From: Rhodopila sp.
GTDB taxonomy: Bacteria; Pseudomonadota; Alphaproteobacteria; Acetobacterales; Acetobacteraceae
Direction of reading: 5' to 3'
DNA: 64,000 nucleotides
Assembly: GCA_036263955.1 (NCBI GenBank)
Contig: DATARX010000176.1
Location: forward strand, 4,582 to 68,581
The translations under genes and the position numbers were made by a program. The notes under the pieces were generated by a model that was given only the letters and a program-made list of their open reading frames with translations, had not been told where the DNA came from and searched no databases. Shown here one piece after another: positions 27,307 to 37,085 of the stretch (position 1 is the stretch's first letter; each line of letters opens with the position of its first letter).

Positions 27307-29304
27307 ATGGCGGCCGATCTCGCAACGGCCCTGTTCACGCCGCGCCGGATCGCGTTGATCGGGGCCTCCACCGATGCGGCCCGCCTGACGGCCCGAGCGC
27401 AGGTGTATCTGCGGCGGCACGGCTTTACCGGCGACTTGTTTCCGGTCAATCCGCGCGCCGACGTCGTGCTGGGTGAGAAAGCCTATCCGTCGCTGCGCGA
27501 CGTGCCTGGGGCGATCGATTTCGCCTACATCCTGGTCAACACCCAGAATGTCGCGGCCGCCATCCAGGACTGCGCCGCCCGCGATGTCCCGGTCGCTTGC
27601 GTGCTGGCCGACGGATTCGCCGAAGCGGGGCCCGACGGCGTGGCGCTGCAGAATCGCATCCTGGCCACGGCCCGGGACGCCGGCATCCGGCTGCTCGGTC
27701 CGAACTCCATGGGTGTGATCAACATCCCGGCGGCGACAGCCTGCTCAGTCAATGCGGTGCTGGAGGCGGAAACCCTGCTGCCGGGCCGTTGGTCGCTGGT
27801 GTCGCATTCCGGCAGCATGATGGGGACGATCGCGTCTCGCGCCGTCAGTCGCGGCCTGGGTTTCGCGAAAATCGTCGGCACCGGGAACGAGGCGGACCTG
27901 ACCGCGGGAGAAATCGCCACCCTGCTGGTCGATGACCCCGACACCGACGTGATCCTGCTTTTCCTGGAGACGATCCGCCGGCCGGACCTGTTCGAGGCGG
28001 CGGCGCGGCGGGCCCACGCGGCGGGCAAGCCGATCGTGGCCTATAAGCTGGGCCGGTCGGAGGCAGCCGCGAAGCTGGCCACCACCCATACGGGTGCGTT
28101 GGCCGGTTCGGATGCGGCGGCGGATGCGTTCTTCCGGGCGATCGGTATCGTCCGGGTGGACCAGATCGAGACGCTGCTGGAACTGCCGCCGTTGCTGCTG
28201 GGTCGCTCGCCGCCGGTGGCGCCGAAACGAGCAGTCAGCATCGTCACCACCACGGGCGGCGGCGGGGCGATGGTGGTGGATCGACTGGGCATTGCCGGGA
28301 TCGCGACGGCCCATATGCTCGACACGACCCTGGCGGGGGCGAGCAAGGATTTCGTCGCCAAGGCGCTGGACACGGCGCGCGATGCCGAGGACGCCGACGT
28401 CGCGATCGCGGTGATCGGGAGTTCGGCACAGTTCCGCCCGCAGGAGGGTGTGGCCGGGGTGATCGCCGCGCGCGGCGGGAATCCGATCTGCGCGTTTATC
28501 GTGCCCCAGGCCGATGCAGCAATGCGGCTGTTGAGCGACGCGGGGGTGGCGGCGTTCCGGACGCCGGAAGCGTGTGCCGATGCGGTTCGCGCTTATCTGG
28601 ACTGGCGGGAACCTCGGACGGTGCCGGCTGCAGGCGATACCACGCGCGCGGCGGCGCTGGTCGCCCAAGCGGACGACGAACCGGGCGCACGGGCGGTATT
28701 CGCCGCGCTCGGGCTGGAGGACACGGCCCGCCGCATCGATCCGGAGGCGCCACCGGCCGATTTGCGCTATCCGGTGGCACTGAAGGCGGCGTCCGCGGTG
28801 ATCGCACATAAGACCGAAGCGGGCGCGGTGGCGCTGAACATCGCCGATGCCGCGGCATTGCGGGCGGCGGCGGCGGATATGGAGGCGCGGCTGGGAAAGC
28901 AGGTCAGCGGTTTCATTGCCCAGCCGATGGCGAAGGGCGTGGGTGAGGCGATCCTGGGTTTCCGTCGCGATCCGTTGGTGGGACCGGTCGTCGCCCTGGG
29001 GGCCGGCGGCGTGCTGGCCGAGGTTTACCGCGATGTCGTGCTGCGCCTGGCGCCGGTGACGGAGGATGAGGCACACGAGATGATCGGCCTGGTCAAAGGG
29101 CTGGCACCGGCGCGGGGTTATCGCGGGATGGCCAAGGGCGATCTCGCAGCTTTGGCCCGGGCGATTGCGGCGTTCTCCCGGCTATCGGCGATCGCATCGG
29201 TGACCGAGGCGGAGATCAATCCGCTGATCATCCTCCCGGAGGGACAGGGCGTGGTGATGGCCGATGCGCTGTTGGCCCGCGGATCCGACGTTACGTCTTC
29301 TTGA
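27307..29304 (+). CDS. Acetate/acyl-CoA ligase (ADP-forming) family, CoA-binding plus ATP-grasp domains
   Basis: IALIGAS, FPVNP, GPNSMG, GNEADL, HTGALAG, HKTEAGAV, EINPL. Confidence 0.9.
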   Translation: MAADLATALFTPRRIALIGASTDAARLTARAQVYLRRHGFTGDLFPVNPRADVVLGEKAYPSLRDVPGAIDFAYILVNTQNVAAAIQDCAARDVPVACVLADGFAEAGPDGVALQNRILATARDAGIRLLGPNSMGVINIPAATACSVNAVLEAETLLPGRWSLVSHSGSMMGTIASRAVSRGLGFAKIVGTGNEADLTAGEIATLLVDDPDTDVILLFLETIRRPDLFEAAARRAHAAGKPIVAYKLGRSEAAAKLATTHTGALAGSDAAADAFFRAIGIVRVDQIETLLELPPLLLGRSPPVAPKRAVSIVTTTGGGGAMVVDRLGIAGIATAHMLDTTLAGASKDFVAKALDTARDAEDADVAIAVIGSSAQFRPQEGVAGVIAARGGNPICAFIVPQADAAMRLLSDAGVAAFRTPEACADAVRAYLDWREPRTVPAAGDTTRAAALVAQADDEPGARAVFAALGLEDTARRIDPEAPPADLRYPVALKAASAVIAHKTEAGAVALNIADAAALRAAAADMEARLGKQVSGFIAQPMAKGVGEAILGFRRDPLVGPVVALGAGGVLAEVYRDVVLRLAPVTEDEAHEMIGLVKGLAPARGYRGMAKGDLAALARAIAAFSRLSAIASVTEAEINPLIILPEGQGVVMADALLARGSDVTSS

Positions 29305-30112
29305 AGCGATAGACCTCGGAGTCGCTGGGGAACGTGACGGCCCGGACATCGGCGGCATACTGCGTGGCGGCCTGCGTGATCGTCGTCCCCAGATCGGCGT
29401 AACGGCGTACGAATTTCGGCACGCGTTCAAAGACGCCGAGCATGTCGTCGGTGACGAGGATCTGGCCGTCGCACCGGGGCGAGGCGCCGATCCCGATGGT
29501 TGGCGCGCGAACCGAACGGGTGATTTCGTCGGCCAGGTCCTCGGCCACGCCTTCAATCACAATCGCGAAGCATCCGGCTTCATCGGCTGCCTTGGCCTCG
29601 GCGATGACCCGAACGCGTTCGTTGTCGTTGCGACCCTTGGCCTTGAAGCCGCCGTCGATATGAACCGCTTGCGGGCGCAGGCCGATGTGCCCCATTACCG
29701 GAACGCCGCGTTGCACCAGGAATTCGATGGTTCCGGCGAGTATTTGCCCGGCCTCGATCTTCACCGCCTGGCAACCGGTTTCCTTCATCACCCTGACCGA
29801 TGACTCGAAGGCTTGCTGGGGCGACGCCTCGAACGTGCCGAACGGCAGGTCGACGACGACCAGCGCCCGGGATGTTGCCCGCACCACCGCCTGGCCGTGC
29901 AGGATCATCATATCGAGCGTGACGGCGGTGGGGGTCGGCAGGCCGTGGACGACCATGCCGAGGCTGTCCCCCACCAGCAGAAGATCGACGTGGGGATCGA
30001 GCAGCGCGGCAATCGGCGCCGTATAGGCGGTCAGGCAGGCGATTTTCTCACCACCCTTGCGGGCAGCGATTTCGGGTACGGTGAGCCGGCGTGACTCGGT
30101 CTGTTTGGACAC
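29291..30112 (-). CDS. panB: 3-methyl-2-oxobutanoate hydroxymethyltransferase
   Basis: LTAY, LVGDSLGM, VKIE, GHIGLRPQ, IGIGA, DGQILV. Confidence 0.96.
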   Translation of the reverse strand: MSKQTESRRLTVPEIAARKGGEKIACLTAYTAPIAALLDPHVDLLLVGDSLGMVVHGLPTPTAVTLDMMILHGQAVVRATSRALVVVDLPFGTFEASPQQAFESSVRVMKETGCQAVKIEAGQILAGTIEFLVQRGVPVMGHIGLRPQAVHIDGGFKAKGRNDNERVRVIAEAKAADEAGCFAIVIEGVAEDLADEITRSVRAPTIGIGASPRCDGQILVTDDMLGVFERVPKFVRRYADLGTTITQAATQYAADVRAVTFPSDSEVYRFKKT

Positions 30113-30142
30113 TCGATTGCTTTCGCTGTTCGGTTTGACGGG

Positions 30143-31207
30143 TTAATCCAGCAGCCACGGCGCGGCGGCGGCCTGGGCGATCTGCCGGACCTGGTTCAGC
30201 AACCCGGGGCCGACGGGGATGCCGGTTTCCATGCGGGCCTTGGCGTATTTCCACTGCGGATCGCCGGCGACCATGACCGGACGGTCCGGATCGACGGGCG
30301 TTGTCGCGCGGAGGACGCCGAGGAAGGTGGCGACGTCGGTCTGAAAATCATCGGACTCGCGGAAAATGTTGGGGTCGATCGCCATGAAGAAATGCCCGAT
30401 GTCCATGCCGACCGGCTTCTTGGTGTGCATCGGGTCGGTGATCAGCGTGGCACCCGACAGGCAGGACGACAGGATGTTTACCATCACCGCCAGGCCGTAG
30501 CCCTTGTAACTGGAGTTTTCCGGCGATCCACCGAGGGAGGTCAGGAAGCCCCCCTTCTCTTTCGCCACCAGCGGATCGTTGGAGGGTTTGCCCTCCGCGT
30601 CCAGGACCCAGCCGTCGGGCGTGGGGAGATGCTCGTTTGCCTTATTGCGGATCCGGCCGGCGGCGACGGTTGTGGTCGCCATGTCGAGCAGGAACGGCAC
30701 GCCGTCGGCACTCGGGGCCGCGAAGGACCAGGGGTCGGTGCCGAGCCTCGCCTGCTTGCCGAATGTCGGGGCGACCTGGATGCCGGAGGCGGATGTGCAG
30801 GCCATCCCGATCAGGCCCTGATTTGCCGCCATCAGCGAATAGAATCCGGCCGCGCCGAAATGGGCGGAACTGTGCACGACCGCGGCGGCCATGCCGGTCT
30901 TTTGCGCCTTGGCGATCGCCGCGGACATGGCGAAATGCGCCGGCACGTGGCCAAGGCCGCCGCCACCGTCGACCACCGCGGATACCGGGGTTTCGCGAAC
31001 GATCTTCGGACGCGCCTCCATCTTCGCCCGGCCGGAACGACGGAGGCCGTCATAGCCTGGAATCATCGAGATACCGTGGCTGTCCACGCCGTGCAGATCG
31101 GCCCAGGAGAGAATTTCGGATGTTGTTTCCGCGTTGTCCTCCGGCATGCCCCACCCAAGGAGGATGGCTTTGAGCTGGGCGCGATGATTGGCGTAGGACG
31201 CAGGCAT
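30143..31207 (-). CDS. Ldh_2 family NAD(P)-dependent oxidoreductase (malate/L-lactate dehydrogenase type 2)
   Basis: GVDSHG, HFGA, GTDP, DMATT, YKGYGL. Confidence 0.9.
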   Translation of the reverse strand: MPASYANHRAQLKAILLGWGMPEDNAETTSEILSWADLHGVDSHGISMIPGYDGLRRSGRAKMEARPKIVRETPVSAVVDGGGGLGHVPAHFAMSAAIAKAQKTGMAAAVVHSSAHFGAAGFYSLMAANQGLIGMACTSASGIQVAPTFGKQARLGTDPWSFAAPSADGVPFLLDMATTTVAAGRIRNKANEHLPTPDGWVLDAEGKPSNDPLVAKEKGGFLTSLGGSPENSSYKGYGLAVMVNILSSCLSGATLITDPMHTKKPVGMDIGHFFMAIDPNIFRESDDFQTDVATFLGVLRATTPVDPDRPVMVAGDPQWKYAKARMETGIPVGPGLLNQVRQIAQAAAAPWLLD

Positions 31208-31309
31208 GGATGGTTCCCCTTCGAAGGTCGGCATTGACGGCGAACCTTGCGCGTCCGGGGTGTTCCGGCAAGGGTAGTGGACGAAGGTCAGCAATGCGGG
31301 GGGAGGAAT

Positions 31310-32134
31310 ATGGCAGATAGCGACGCGCTGTTGCACGCTCGGTTTGGCATCGACCTGCCGGGGATGGAAGTGCCCGATGCGATCGCCGGCCTGATCGACC
31401 GGCGGGTGACGCGTCGATACAAAGAGCAGGACGTCCCGGATTTGCTGCTGGACACGCTGCTGGCGGCGGCTCAGTCGGCGCCGGCGAAGTCGGACCTGCA
31501 ACAGTTTTCCATCGTGGTGATGCGGGATTACCCGCGCATCAAACAAATCGCCGACTGGATCGGGACGATGGACTGGATCGCGACGGCGCCGGTGTTCCTG
31601 GTGTGGTGCGGCGACATGCGCCGCGGACAGCGACTTTGCGCGATGCACGGCATGCCGCACGCGAACAACAATATGGACACGTTCCTGAACACCGCTGTCG
31701 ATTGCTCGCTGGCGATGGCGCAGTTCATGGCGGCGGCCGATGCGGTTGGACTGGGCACCTGCCCGATCAGCTATGTGCGCAGTCATATTGAGCGAGTCTC
31801 GCCGCTGCTGGGGTTGCCGTCCGGGGTCTATCCGGTGGCCGGCTTGACCGTGGGATGGCCGATGTTTCGCCGACCGGTGTCGATGCGGTTGCCGCCCGCG
31901 GTCGTGGTGCATCGGGAGCGCTACGATGACAGCGGCCTGGAGGCTGAGGTCATCGCCTACGACGACCGCCGGCGCGAACGCGATCCGATCGCGCCCGGCA
32001 GCCAGAAGAACAATGACGTTTATCCGCCGCGCCAGGGCGTGGGCTGGAGCGAAAACGTTGCGCGCCAACTGTCCGTGCCGGAGCGCTTCGGTTTCGGTGC
32101 GTATCTGAAGACGAAGGGCTTCGATCTTGCCTGA
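31310..32134 (+). CDS. Nitroreductase family (NfsA/Frp-like) flavin oxidoreductase
   Basis: RRVTRRY, SAPAKSDLQQ, GLGTCPI, RLP..VVVH; GGAGG RBS. Confidence 0.88.
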   Translation: MADSDALLHARFGIDLPGMEVPDAIAGLIDRRVTRRYKEQDVPDLLLDTLLAAAQSAPAKSDLQQFSIVVMRDYPRIKQIADWIGTMDWIATAPVFLVWCGDMRRGQRLCAMHGMPHANNNMDTFLNTAVDCSLAMAQFMAAADAVGLGTCPISYVRSHIERVSPLLGLPSGVYPVAGLTVGWPMFRRPVSMRLPPAVVVHRERYDDSGLEAEVIAYDDRRRERDPIAPGSQKNNDVYPPRQGVGWSENVARQLSVPERFGFGAYLKTKGFDLA

Positions 32135-32756
32135 CGATGCCTTGCAAATCGCGCGACGGCCCACCGTTCGCGCGAAACACGCGGCGAGCCTGATCGTGTT
32201 GCGATCTGACGATCATGGGCCGCGGGTGCTGATGGGCATGCGCGGAGCAAAGCACCGTTTCATGCCGAACCGGTTGGTGTTTCCGGGTGGCCGTGTCGAC
32301 CGAAGCGATCTGACGGCACCGTTCGCGACGCCGCTTTCGGCGGCAACCGAACGCGCCTTGCGCAAGAAGACAAATGCGAGGCTGGCGCACGGTCTGGCGG
32401 CTGCTGCGGCGCGCGAATTGCTGGAGGAAACGGGTCTGTCCCTGGGCAGTCCGCCTCGGCTGAACGGGATGCATTATCTGGCCCGAGCCGTGACCCCGCC
32501 TGGGCTGCCGATCCGGTTCAACGCGCGGTTTCTGGTGGTGGAGGAACGCTACATCAGCGGCGAACTCGGCGGCGACGGAGAACTGGAGGGGCTGCGCTTC
32601 TACGGCATCGCTGAAGCGCTTGCATTGGACCTCGCTCTGCCCACACGGCTTGTGCTGGAGCGGTTGAGGCTGTGGTTGGGTATGCCAGAGGCAGAACGGG
32701 CCGCGCAGATGCGTACGCCAGTGCTGCTGCGAGATCGCGGATGGTTCATGGAATAG
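32127..32756 (+). CDS. NUDIX hydrolase
   Basis: VFPGGRVD, AARELLEETG, TPPG..RF.ARF. Confidence 0.88.
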   Translation: MPDDALQIARRPTVRAKHAASLIVLRSDDHGPRVLMGMRGAKHRFMPNRLVFPGGRVDRSDLTAPFATPLSAATERALRKKTNARLAHGLAAAAARELLEETGLSLGSPPRLNGMHYLARAVTPPGLPIRFNARFLVVEERYISGELGGDGELEGLRFYGIAEALALDLALPTRLVLERLRLWLGMPEAERAAQMRTPVLLRDRGWFME

Positions 32757-32848
32757 AAGTAATTACGATATAGTGATTGGTTCGGTCATGTGTCTTGGTA
32801 TCGGTCTTGCGTTGCCTTCGGCCAATGCTCGCAAGCTGAAGGCTCCTT

Positions 32849-34240
32849 ATGACCGATTTGCATAACCTGACCATCGCGCAGGCCTCCGCCCTGATCACAG
32901 CGCGCACGCTATCCCCGGTCGAGCTGACCCAGGCATTCCTGGCGCGGGTCAAGCGGTTTGACGCGGTGCTGAACAGCCACTTGCTGCTGCTGGAAGAAGG
33001 GGCGCTGGCTGATGCGACGCAGGCCGAGTCGGACATCGCGGCGGGCAGATGGAAGGGGCCGCTGCATGGCATCCCGATCGGCCTGAAGGACATTTACAAC
33101 ACCGCCGGCATTCGCACGACCGGGCATTCGGCGTTGTTCAGGGACCATGTCCCCGCCGAGGATGCCTTTACTGTAAGCCTGTTGCGCAATGCCGGTGCCA
33201 TCATAACGAGCAAGCTCGCGACTTGGGAATTCGCCATCGGCGGGTCGTCGTTCGATTTGCCGTGGCCGCCGGCGCGCAATCCGTGGGATGTGGCGCTCGA
33301 TCCGTCGGGGTCGTCGTCCGGGTCGGCGGTCGCGGTTGCCGCCGGCCTGTGCATGGGCGCGATGGGCAGCGACACCGGCGGTTCGATCCGCGGCCCGGCG
33401 GCATGGTGCGGCATTGCCGGGCACAAGCCGACCTATGGCGCGGTCAGCCGGCGCGGTATTTTGCCGCTGTCGTTTTCGCTGGATCACGCCGGCCCGATGT
33501 GCTGGACCAGTGAGGATTGCGCGCTGATGATGCAAGTCCTGGCCTGCCACGATCCGATGGATCCTGGTAGTGCGCGGGTGCCCTCCTCCAATTACACCAG
33601 CGAGCTGGGGAAAAGCCTGTCCGGGTTGCGCGTGGGCGTGGTGCGGCATTTTTTCGAGACCGATCTCCTCACGGATCCGGAGACGATCGCGGCGTTGGAA
33701 ACCAGTGTTCTTGCCTTGCGCGATATGGGCGCGGTTGTCGGCGATGTCCGGTTGTCACGGTTCGCGGCTTACGCCGATTGTGGCAGTTTGATTTCACGCA
33801 GTGAGGCCTATGCGATTCATCAGCATTGGCTGCGTACGTCCCCTGAACTGTACGGTGCGTTCGGCCGCCACAGGCTGATGGCGGGCGCGTTCGTTCTGGC
33901 GGCTGACTATATCAATGCGCAACGAGAACGGGCGCGGCTGGTCGGGGAACTCGCGGAAATCATGAAGACGGTGGATCTGGTGATTTTCCCAACGGCGCGC
34001 TGCCCGGCGCGGCCGATCGGCGAGGACTCGATGGCTTCGGGTTTCCAGCCATTCTTCAACCGGGCATTCAACGTGACGGGCAACCCGGCTTTGTCGATTT
34101 GCAACGGCTTCAGCCAGACCGGCCTGCCGCTGGCATTGCAGATCGGCGGCCGGCCCTTCGAGGATGCCCTGGTATTGCAGGTGGGCGATGCGCTGGAGCG
34201 TGCGCTGGGGACGCGGTCTCGCCGGCCGGCGTTGGCCTAG
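32849..34240 (+). CDS. Amidase signature family protein
   Basis: GPLHGIPIGLKD, SGSSSGS, GSDTGGSIRGPA. Confidence 0.93.
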   Translation: MTDLHNLTIAQASALITARTLSPVELTQAFLARVKRFDAVLNSHLLLLEEGALADATQAESDIAAGRWKGPLHGIPIGLKDIYNTAGIRTTGHSALFRDHVPAEDAFTVSLLRNAGAIITSKLATWEFAIGGSSFDLPWPPARNPWDVALDPSGSSSGSAVAVAAGLCMGAMGSDTGGSIRGPAAWCGIAGHKPTYGAVSRRGILPLSFSLDHAGPMCWTSEDCALMMQVLACHDPMDPGSARVPSSNYTSELGKSLSGLRVGVVRHFFETDLLTDPETIAALETSVLALRDMGAVVGDVRLSRFAAYADCGSLISRSEAYAIHQHWLRTSPELYGAFGRHRLMAGAFVLAADYINAQRERARLVGELAEIMKTVDLVIFPTARCPARPIGEDSMASGFQPFFNRAFNVTGNPALSICNGFSQTGLPLALQIGGRPFEDALVLQVGDALERALGTRSRRPALA

Positions 34241-34499
34241 GCGCGACATTCCGGGCGCACCGGCGGCTGGCCGGCCGCGGGTGCGACAGGGCTGACCGAG
34301 AAGCTTCAGTGGACGTGGCCAACGGTCGGGTCCAGCGACCGATCGCCTGCCGCATCGAGGACATCACGGATACCACTCGGGCCTTTGTCCGGGCGTATAG
34401 TTTCCAGGGAGACTATCATGCGATACAGGTCGTGACATGGATGGGGAGGATGTGGTCTGGTTCGTAACGTCCCCCCCCGCCGCGATGGGAATTCATGAC

Positions 34500-35963
34500 A
34501 TGACTGTTCCAGATGGATTGCAGCTGACGTTTTCCAGCAACTTCAGCCAGTTCACAAACCCGGGATCCGGCCAACCGATGTGGCAGACGACGCTGCCGCA
34601 CGGACTGCGGACTATCGCGGGAACCGGCGAACTGGAATATTATTCGGATTCTTCTGTCGGTCTCGATCCGTTCAGCGTCAACGATGGAAATTTGGACATC
34701 ACGGCGACCGCGGGCAGCGCCGAACCGGGAACTGACTATACTTCGGGAATAATCACCACAGAGTCGTCATTTTCGCAACTATATGGCTATTTTCAGATGA
34801 CCGCCACGCTGCCGTCGGGCACCGGCTTCTGGCCTGCATTCTGGCTGCTACCCGAGAATCTGTCCGGCACGGACGAGATTGACGTCATGGAGGAGCACGG
34901 CAGCGATCCGACGCAGTACTCCGCGTCGGTGCACAGCCCCTCCTCGGGGATCACAAGTGCGTTCATCCCGACGGCTGACCTGACCGCTGGCCCCAACACC
35001 TACGGGATGTATTGGACACCACTGTCAATCAGCTATTACCTGAACGGCAACCTGGTCGCGGTGACACCGACGCCCGCCGATATGAACACGCCGATGTTCA
35101 TGCTCGCGGATCTTGCCGTATCGAGTGATGTTTCGTCTGCAACCGCATTTCCCGCTACGATGGAGATCTCGAGCATTACGGCGTACGGCTACAATCCAGC
35201 CGTGCCTGGACCCGTTGCCCCGCTCTCCGCGATTGTTCCCGCGACACTCGGTGCGACGATTGGCCAATATACGCCGGTCAGCGGCATCAGCATCAGCGAT
35301 CCGGCCGCAAGTGCATCCGACACGATCTCGGTCACCATTTCAGACAAATCGCTCGGTATCCTCTCGGTAACCGCGGAAGGCGCCACGGACGTTTCGATCA
35401 ATAACGGATGGGAGGTCCAGCTTTCGGGCACCCTAAGCGATGTGAACGCAACGCTACAGACACTTGCCTACAAGAATGTCCCCACCGGATCGACCGCGCC
35501 GACCACGGATACGCTGACCATCGCCGCCAGCGATCCAAACGGCAATTTCGACAGTTCGCGCACCTCGGTGACTCTCAGCGCCACCCTGCCGGCGATGCAA
35601 TTCATTGCGTTTGGGCCACAGCCGACCCGTGTGATGGCCAGCGGCAATGACGTCTTCGTCCTTACCGCCGGCCAGATTGCCAATCCGTCGCAGAACGATG
35701 GCCAGCCCGACCACATCGTCAACTTTCATACCGCCGCGGACCCGGTCAACGGCAGCAGCGACTTCATCGCGCTTTACGGTTTCGCTTCGACGGCGCAGCT
35801 CGTGTTCGACCACTACGGGGATGTCAATGGCGCGCCAGACGACGCCATGCAGTACTACCGGGTGCAAAGCCCCACCGGGAGTTCGCCAATCTTCCTCGTG
35901 CAAATGGCCGCTCCGTCGACGGCGCATCTCTCGAACGCCGATTTTGGCTTTTACCCGACGTGA
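34500..35963 (+). CDS. GH16 endo-glycanase (ExsH/ExoK-like) with a long Ser/Thr-rich C-terminal extension
   Basis: YGYF, WPAFWLL and catalytic EIDVME; no evident signal peptide; start at 34500 or upstream (34437/34485). Confidence 0.85.
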   Translation: MTVPDGLQLTFSSNFSQFTNPGSGQPMWQTTLPHGLRTIAGTGELEYYSDSSVGLDPFSVNDGNLDITATAGSAEPGTDYTSGIITTESSFSQLYGYFQMTATLPSGTGFWPAFWLLPENLSGTDEIDVMEEHGSDPTQYSASVHSPSSGITSAFIPTADLTAGPNTYGMYWTPLSISYYLNGNLVAVTPTPADMNTPMFMLADLAVSSDVSSATAFPATMEISSITAYGYNPAVPGPVAPLSAIVPATLGATIGQYTPVSGISISDPAASASDTISVTISDKSLGILSVTAEGATDVSINNGWEVQLSGTLSDVNATLQTLAYKNVPTGSTAPTTDTLTIAASDPNGNFDSSRTSVTLSATLPAMQFIAFGPQPTRVMASGNDVFVLTAGQIANPSQNDGQPDHIVNFHTAADPVNGSSDFIALYGFASTAQLVFDHYGDVNGAPDDAMQYYRVQSPTGSSPIFLVQMAAPSTAHLSNADFGFYPT

Positions 35964-35975
35964 TCGCCCGCGCCG

Positions 35976-36950
35976 CTACTGGTAACGCCTGCGCTGCCAC
36001 GCCTGGATGGAAGCGATCCGGAAATGCGCGGGGAAGCGCGTGCTGCTGTCGGGCGCACGCGGCCAACTTGTCGGGCCGCCGACCGCGAGATTCGCAATGA
36101 TGTAAAATGGCTTGTGGCAATCCGCGGGCGTTGGCTGACTGAAGACCAGCCGCCGATCAACGTAGAAGCGTATCCGCTCCGGCCCCCAATCAACGCCGAA
36201 CGCATGATCGGCAGCCGACAGGTCGGACGTCTTCGTGCCGAACCCGATCTGCGTTCCCTTGGCAAACTTGCGGGAATGCACGGTGGTATAAATTTTGGTC
36301 GGTTCCTGGCCGAGAACTTCCATCACATCGATCTCCGGCGGCCATGACATGTCGACAGGCATCAGCCAGAACGCCGGCCACAGTCCCTGGCCCGCCGGCA
36401 GGCGCCCGCGCAATTCAAAATATCCGTAGGTCTGGCTGAACGGATAGGAATTGATCGCGCCCGAAATGTAATCATGAGCGAAGGCATCGGGGATCAGCGA
36501 GCGCATCGAAGCCGGTGTATGATCGGCGGTAATCACGAGGGCGTCCCGCTCGATCGAGAAAGGACTGTATCCGCTCTGCGCGATCGCATCCGCGTTCGGA
36601 TAAACCGCGCGTTCCGATGACAGTGCCGAGAAAGCCGGTACCGGACGATTGTGTCCGACGTAGTCGGGCACCCCGGGCGATCGCGTCGCATGGATATAGC
36701 CCGCGGTCCATTCGAACCCGGGATCGGAAAGCGGACGCGGCGGCTGCGGCCGCACCACGCCGCGCGCGAAATCGGGGAGCGTATTGAACCGCGCCGCGAG
36801 CACCGATTCCGTGAAGTCGCCGGTATCCAGACGATCGCCAAGCCGGTCGCCATCGGTATTGATCGCCGTCATCGCCGTCGCGCCGGTCAGGCCGAGCGCG
36901 GATGCCGCGATCAGGGCGCGGCGAGACAATTCCAAATCAAACCGTTTCAT
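35976..36950 (-). CDS. GH16 endo-glycanase with a Tat-like signal
   Basis: SRRALI twin-arginine signal, YGYFE, WPAFWL, EIDVME. Confidence 0.87.
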   Translation of the reverse strand: MKRFDLELSRRALIAASALGLTGATAMTAINTDGDRLGDRLDTGDFTESVLAARFNTLPDFARGVVRPQPPRPLSDPGFEWTAGYIHATRSPGVPDYVGHNRPVPAFSALSSERAVYPNADAIAQSGYSPFSIERDALVITADHTPASMRSLIPDAFAHDYISGAINSYPFSQTYGYFELRGRLPAGQGLWPAFWLMPVDMSWPPEIDVMEVLGQEPTKIYTTVHSRKFAKGTQIGFGTKTSDLSAADHAFGVDWGPERIRFYVDRRLVFSQPTPADCHKPFYIIANLAVGGPTSWPRAPDSSTRFPAHFRIASIQAWQRRRYQ

Positions 36951-37085
36951 ATCAAAGTCCTCTTCCGGGATTTGACGGACGAATGCTAAATATAATATTT
37001 ATTAGAAGATATCTACACTTTACGATTCCATCCCGGTGATGTAATGCGCTGTCGTCATGAGATTACCGGAAAGTCGAACAGCGTG

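Noticed and set aside
30143-32164. 673-aa ORF as a fusion protein
   Set aside because: The upstream half is the antisense shadow of the nitroreductase; the Ldh_2 domain begins at about 31207.
34280-34330. Possible transposase C-terminal remnant (GLTEKLQWTW)
   Set aside because: Too short, with no inverted repeats or catalytic motifs; cannot be supported.
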